64,000 nt of DNA. Origin: Lingula anatina. Lineage: Eukaryota > Animalia > Brachiopoda. Below, piece after piece: positions 60,871 through 64,000 of the stretch. Both the position numbers and the translations under genes were made by a program. Each line of letters starts with the position of its first letter. Position 1 is the first letter of the stretch. The stretch is from contig CM120640.1 of the NCBI GenBank assembly GCA_051362555.1, forward strand, positions 49,516,788 through 49,580,787, given 5' to 3'. Below the pieces are notes generated by a model. It was not told the DNA's origin. It searched no databases and saw only the letters and a list, made by a program, of their open reading frames with translations.

Positions 60871-62133
60871 TGAGCGTCATGTGTTGATCATTGACAGCAA
60901 TGGCACTGTCAGACAAACCAATCAGAATATATACAGACACTTACAGTGTCTGTATATAAAAATTCAAATTTCTATTTACTGAAGGAACACCTTGACACAA
61001 CATATTTATACAAGCACCAATTGTAGAAAAACAAAACATCCCACAAACAAAATCTTTTCTTTGTCAACTGCTACTAAAATTCTCTCTTTACAGAGTAAGT
61101 GACAATGCCACTGATCATAAATATAACCCAATATAAATATATTCTATGTTCTAACTAACACAAAGTATGTAGATTAACATTGCAGAGTGAGTTTGATATG
61201 TCATTCACATTTTGACATCCATTCCAAGATCACTCAGCAATCCACATAGAAGACACCAAGTTTTATTACAGATAAACAACCATTGTCATACTTGTCCAAG
61301 CAGTTAATATCTTATCACAGTTTACCACAACTTTCCATGCAACTGAGGTTCTGCAATCCACTGTCTATTGCTCATTTTTCAAAACCTCTTTTGTTCTAAA
61401 TATTGTAAAAACTTACTATGTGAGCTTTTTAACTAATTATTGCAAATTATATTACAATTGCTTCTTAGAGGTTTTTTTTCATGGGAAACCTGCTTGTGCA
61501 TTATGCAAACCTAAGTTAACAAATATGATTGTCTACAAGAGCTTATTGTTTGAGATGATTAGCAAACAGTAGTTGTCAAAAGTGCAGAATGTATCCTGAC
61601 TCTCTCCTAAACTGGTACATTTTTAATTGAATTTTTAACAACCTTGGGACAAATGCCACAAATGTTTTGAAAATCAAAATAGTCATTTTACCCTCCAAGT
61701 AAGTTAAGCAGCTGATTTTGCCTACACATAAAACAATTCAGATAAATAAATCTTTAAAACTTAAATAACTTGTAAACATTTCAGTAAAAGCAAAGCAAAA
61801 TATGCATTTTGAGAGGATGCAAGTTTCATAAGTGCAATACTTCATTCAGGGTAAATAGAATAAATGTCAAATTGCCTAACAACTTTTACATGCAATATCA
61901 TGCGCAGATACAAAGAACCTACGAAGTTGAACACCAACTACTTCCTACCATCAATATGACAAATACAACAACTAACAGATTGTCTACTATTCTCGATGCT
62001 ACATAATATTTTTAAAGCTGTAAGTATATGTATGAAGATAATATTGTTACATGACAAACAAACCTTTGGAAGCACAATTATAAGAAATCAACTGTTTTAA
62101 TATTCCTGCACCACTGTGGGCAACAGCATGTTG

Positions 62134-63832
62134 CTACTGTATGCTGCAATTTGACTGCACTGAGCAACAAGTGCATCTGTCAGAGTATAATTTGGCTGGT
62201 GGAATAAGATCCAGCTCTTCATTGTCTGATACAAGATCTAGGTTATAACCATCCTTGACTAACTGTTCTGCAATTTCACGATTGGTTGTATGTGACAGGT
62301 GAAGGTCAAATTCGTCTTCATCACTGAAAATGTAAAGATGAGCTTTTTAATGATAAATATATATGCAGCTGACATATGTTATATTCCTTGCTTATTTTCA
62401 CACAGAGGCCACCTTCCTTTGCAGTCAACCATTAATACCCCTTATCTTATATCAAATTGAATTTTCTTTAATCAATTTATTGTGCATTTAGAGGCTGTGG
62501 AGGTAAATCAAATAATTTTATTGAGCACCAGTCTCTCTCTTTCTGGAAAAATGTCTGAAATTGCCATGCCTTGCAAAATATCAACTATGATCAACTGATT
62601 ATCCTACCTCCCATCTGTAGGAATAGCAACTAAAAGCTGTGTTTGTTCTTCTTTTGTTGCCTTTGGAATGTCTTGTCTGCTCGGTATTTTTAATCTGAAA
62701 AATAATTTTAATTTATCAAATATTTAATAAGCCGCAGGCACAGGTTTCTTTTCTTTCTATATCGAGGAAAATTTTAAGTATAACACAAGTGAACAATTCT
62801 GTGAACAAAAATTTATCAACACAGAATGTTAAAAGTGTATTATGATTCACAATACCATGCACTGACAGTGCAATATACTCAAAAGTTTATTTTCAATCAA
62901 GTTATTTGAATTAGGTTCATGCAGACAATTCAAGGGAAATATCATTGTCTCAAGTCTTGCAGTTTTCTTTTTTAACAGACCAAACCTGTATCTGGAAGAC
63001 AAGTTACATCAATTTTACTTAAATCATGGGCCTGTTTAAGATTCGCATTCTTAATATGTCAAGTGTCAAAACAGCACAGATAGTCAGTATAAATTCTCCA
63101 AACAAAAATGTTAGCATAAGAAATCATCAGAATTAAGATGGCATTGAGGAAAAGCCAACTCCTTAAAATTGTGAGGAAAATTAGGGTTATCTAAAAGCAT
63201 TAAATCATTACCTACCGACTTCTACTGAGAAGATTCTTTCTTGGTTGTGTGTCTATTGCACTTGCTTGGGATTTTTTCATTAAATCTCTTTGCTTTTCTA
63301 AAAAGTTAAATACAGGATTGTAAGTTGTAACAGTCATGTGATCAGTAAAAACCTGCTAAAAATAAGTATTTTTAACATGGCACCTCTGTTATTTCCATAG
63401 CAGTTCTTATATATGTGTAATCTTTGTATGCAATACAAATATAAAATATAAATGTAATTTATGCTGAAAACAAACCTTATTCTTGAATAAAGAATGAAAA
63501 TATACAAGATCTTCAGCTAGGTAAAAAAAGAAGAAATTTGAATACATTCATGTTTACTACTTCCAACAGAATGTGATGGCAAATTCTTGTTTAGAACTTG
63601 CTCTTACCACCTGCTGGTAAAAAAAATCCAAGTATCTAGGCAGTACTGACAGTAGCTTCAATTTTTAACAGATTATGTACTATTATATCCTAAAAGGACC
63701 AAAAATAAAAGACTACTCCAAACTTCATCATAAAATATATGTTCAAGGCTTGTTGCCATCTTTACCTATTTTTTTCTGTAACTCTGTTGTCCTCTTTGAT
63801 GATTTCAGAGATGGTGCATAATTTCCTGTGGC
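62134..63832 (-). CDS. FAM219A: FAM219A-like host gene, last four exons (63832-63766, 63297-63216, 62694-62608, 62323-62134)
   Basis: Spliced peptide ..LQKKIEKQRDL..QPRKNLLSRSRLKIP..LLVAIPTDGSDEDEFD..QLVKDGYNLD..EELDLIPP..CTCC..CSIQ* matches the FAM219 C-terminus. Phases are consistent. Confidence 0.85.
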
Positions 63833-64000
63833 CTAAAAAGATAAATGTAACAAAAATTTACCGATTTCACATAAAAACATCAGTCATCATGAATGAGAAT
63901 GTCTAATAAGTACTATGAACACATGGGGGAAAAAAGAAATAACCAGGCAATGAACATTAGAGACAAATGAGAGACCAAGGCTGTGAAAGAAATAATTAAA

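Overview
Eukaryotic (animal, probably mollusc-like; inferred from AT richness, spliceosomal introns and the TE repertoire) genomic DNA. Two convergent host genes frame the window: the 3' exons of a beta-lactamase/serine-hydrolase-domain gene (+, 410-2851) and the 3' exons of a FAM219A-like gene (-, 62134-63832). The ~55 kb between them is a deeply nested transposon cluster. It contains hAT relics, a DD41D Tc1/mariner, and a young DIRS1 tyrosine-recombinase retrotransposon (gag, RT-RNaseH-MTase, YR, ITR/ICR) inserted in a hAT-like transposase and then partly tandem-duplicated (2774 bp). It also holds a 5-intron ZNF862-like hAT, three Helentron-type non-autonomous elements (two with 146-bp satellite arrays), and a Gypsy element with 100-bp LTRs stretched to 23.3 kb by nested insertions (a second LTR-less Gypsy piece, Kolobok, a THAP/ISL2EU-like element and an ~11-kb IS3EU-type DNA transposon). 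The most unusual item is the IS3EU-type element. It has TIRs built from 20-bp repeats, an integrase-like transposase, and a convergent spliced cargo gene encoding a zinc-ribbon + HECT (G2E3-like) E3 ubiquitin ligase that keeps the catalytic Cys and the -4 Phe. A candidate -1 frameshift site for DIRS gag-pol is also present. All calls come from reading the sequence; no database searches were run.
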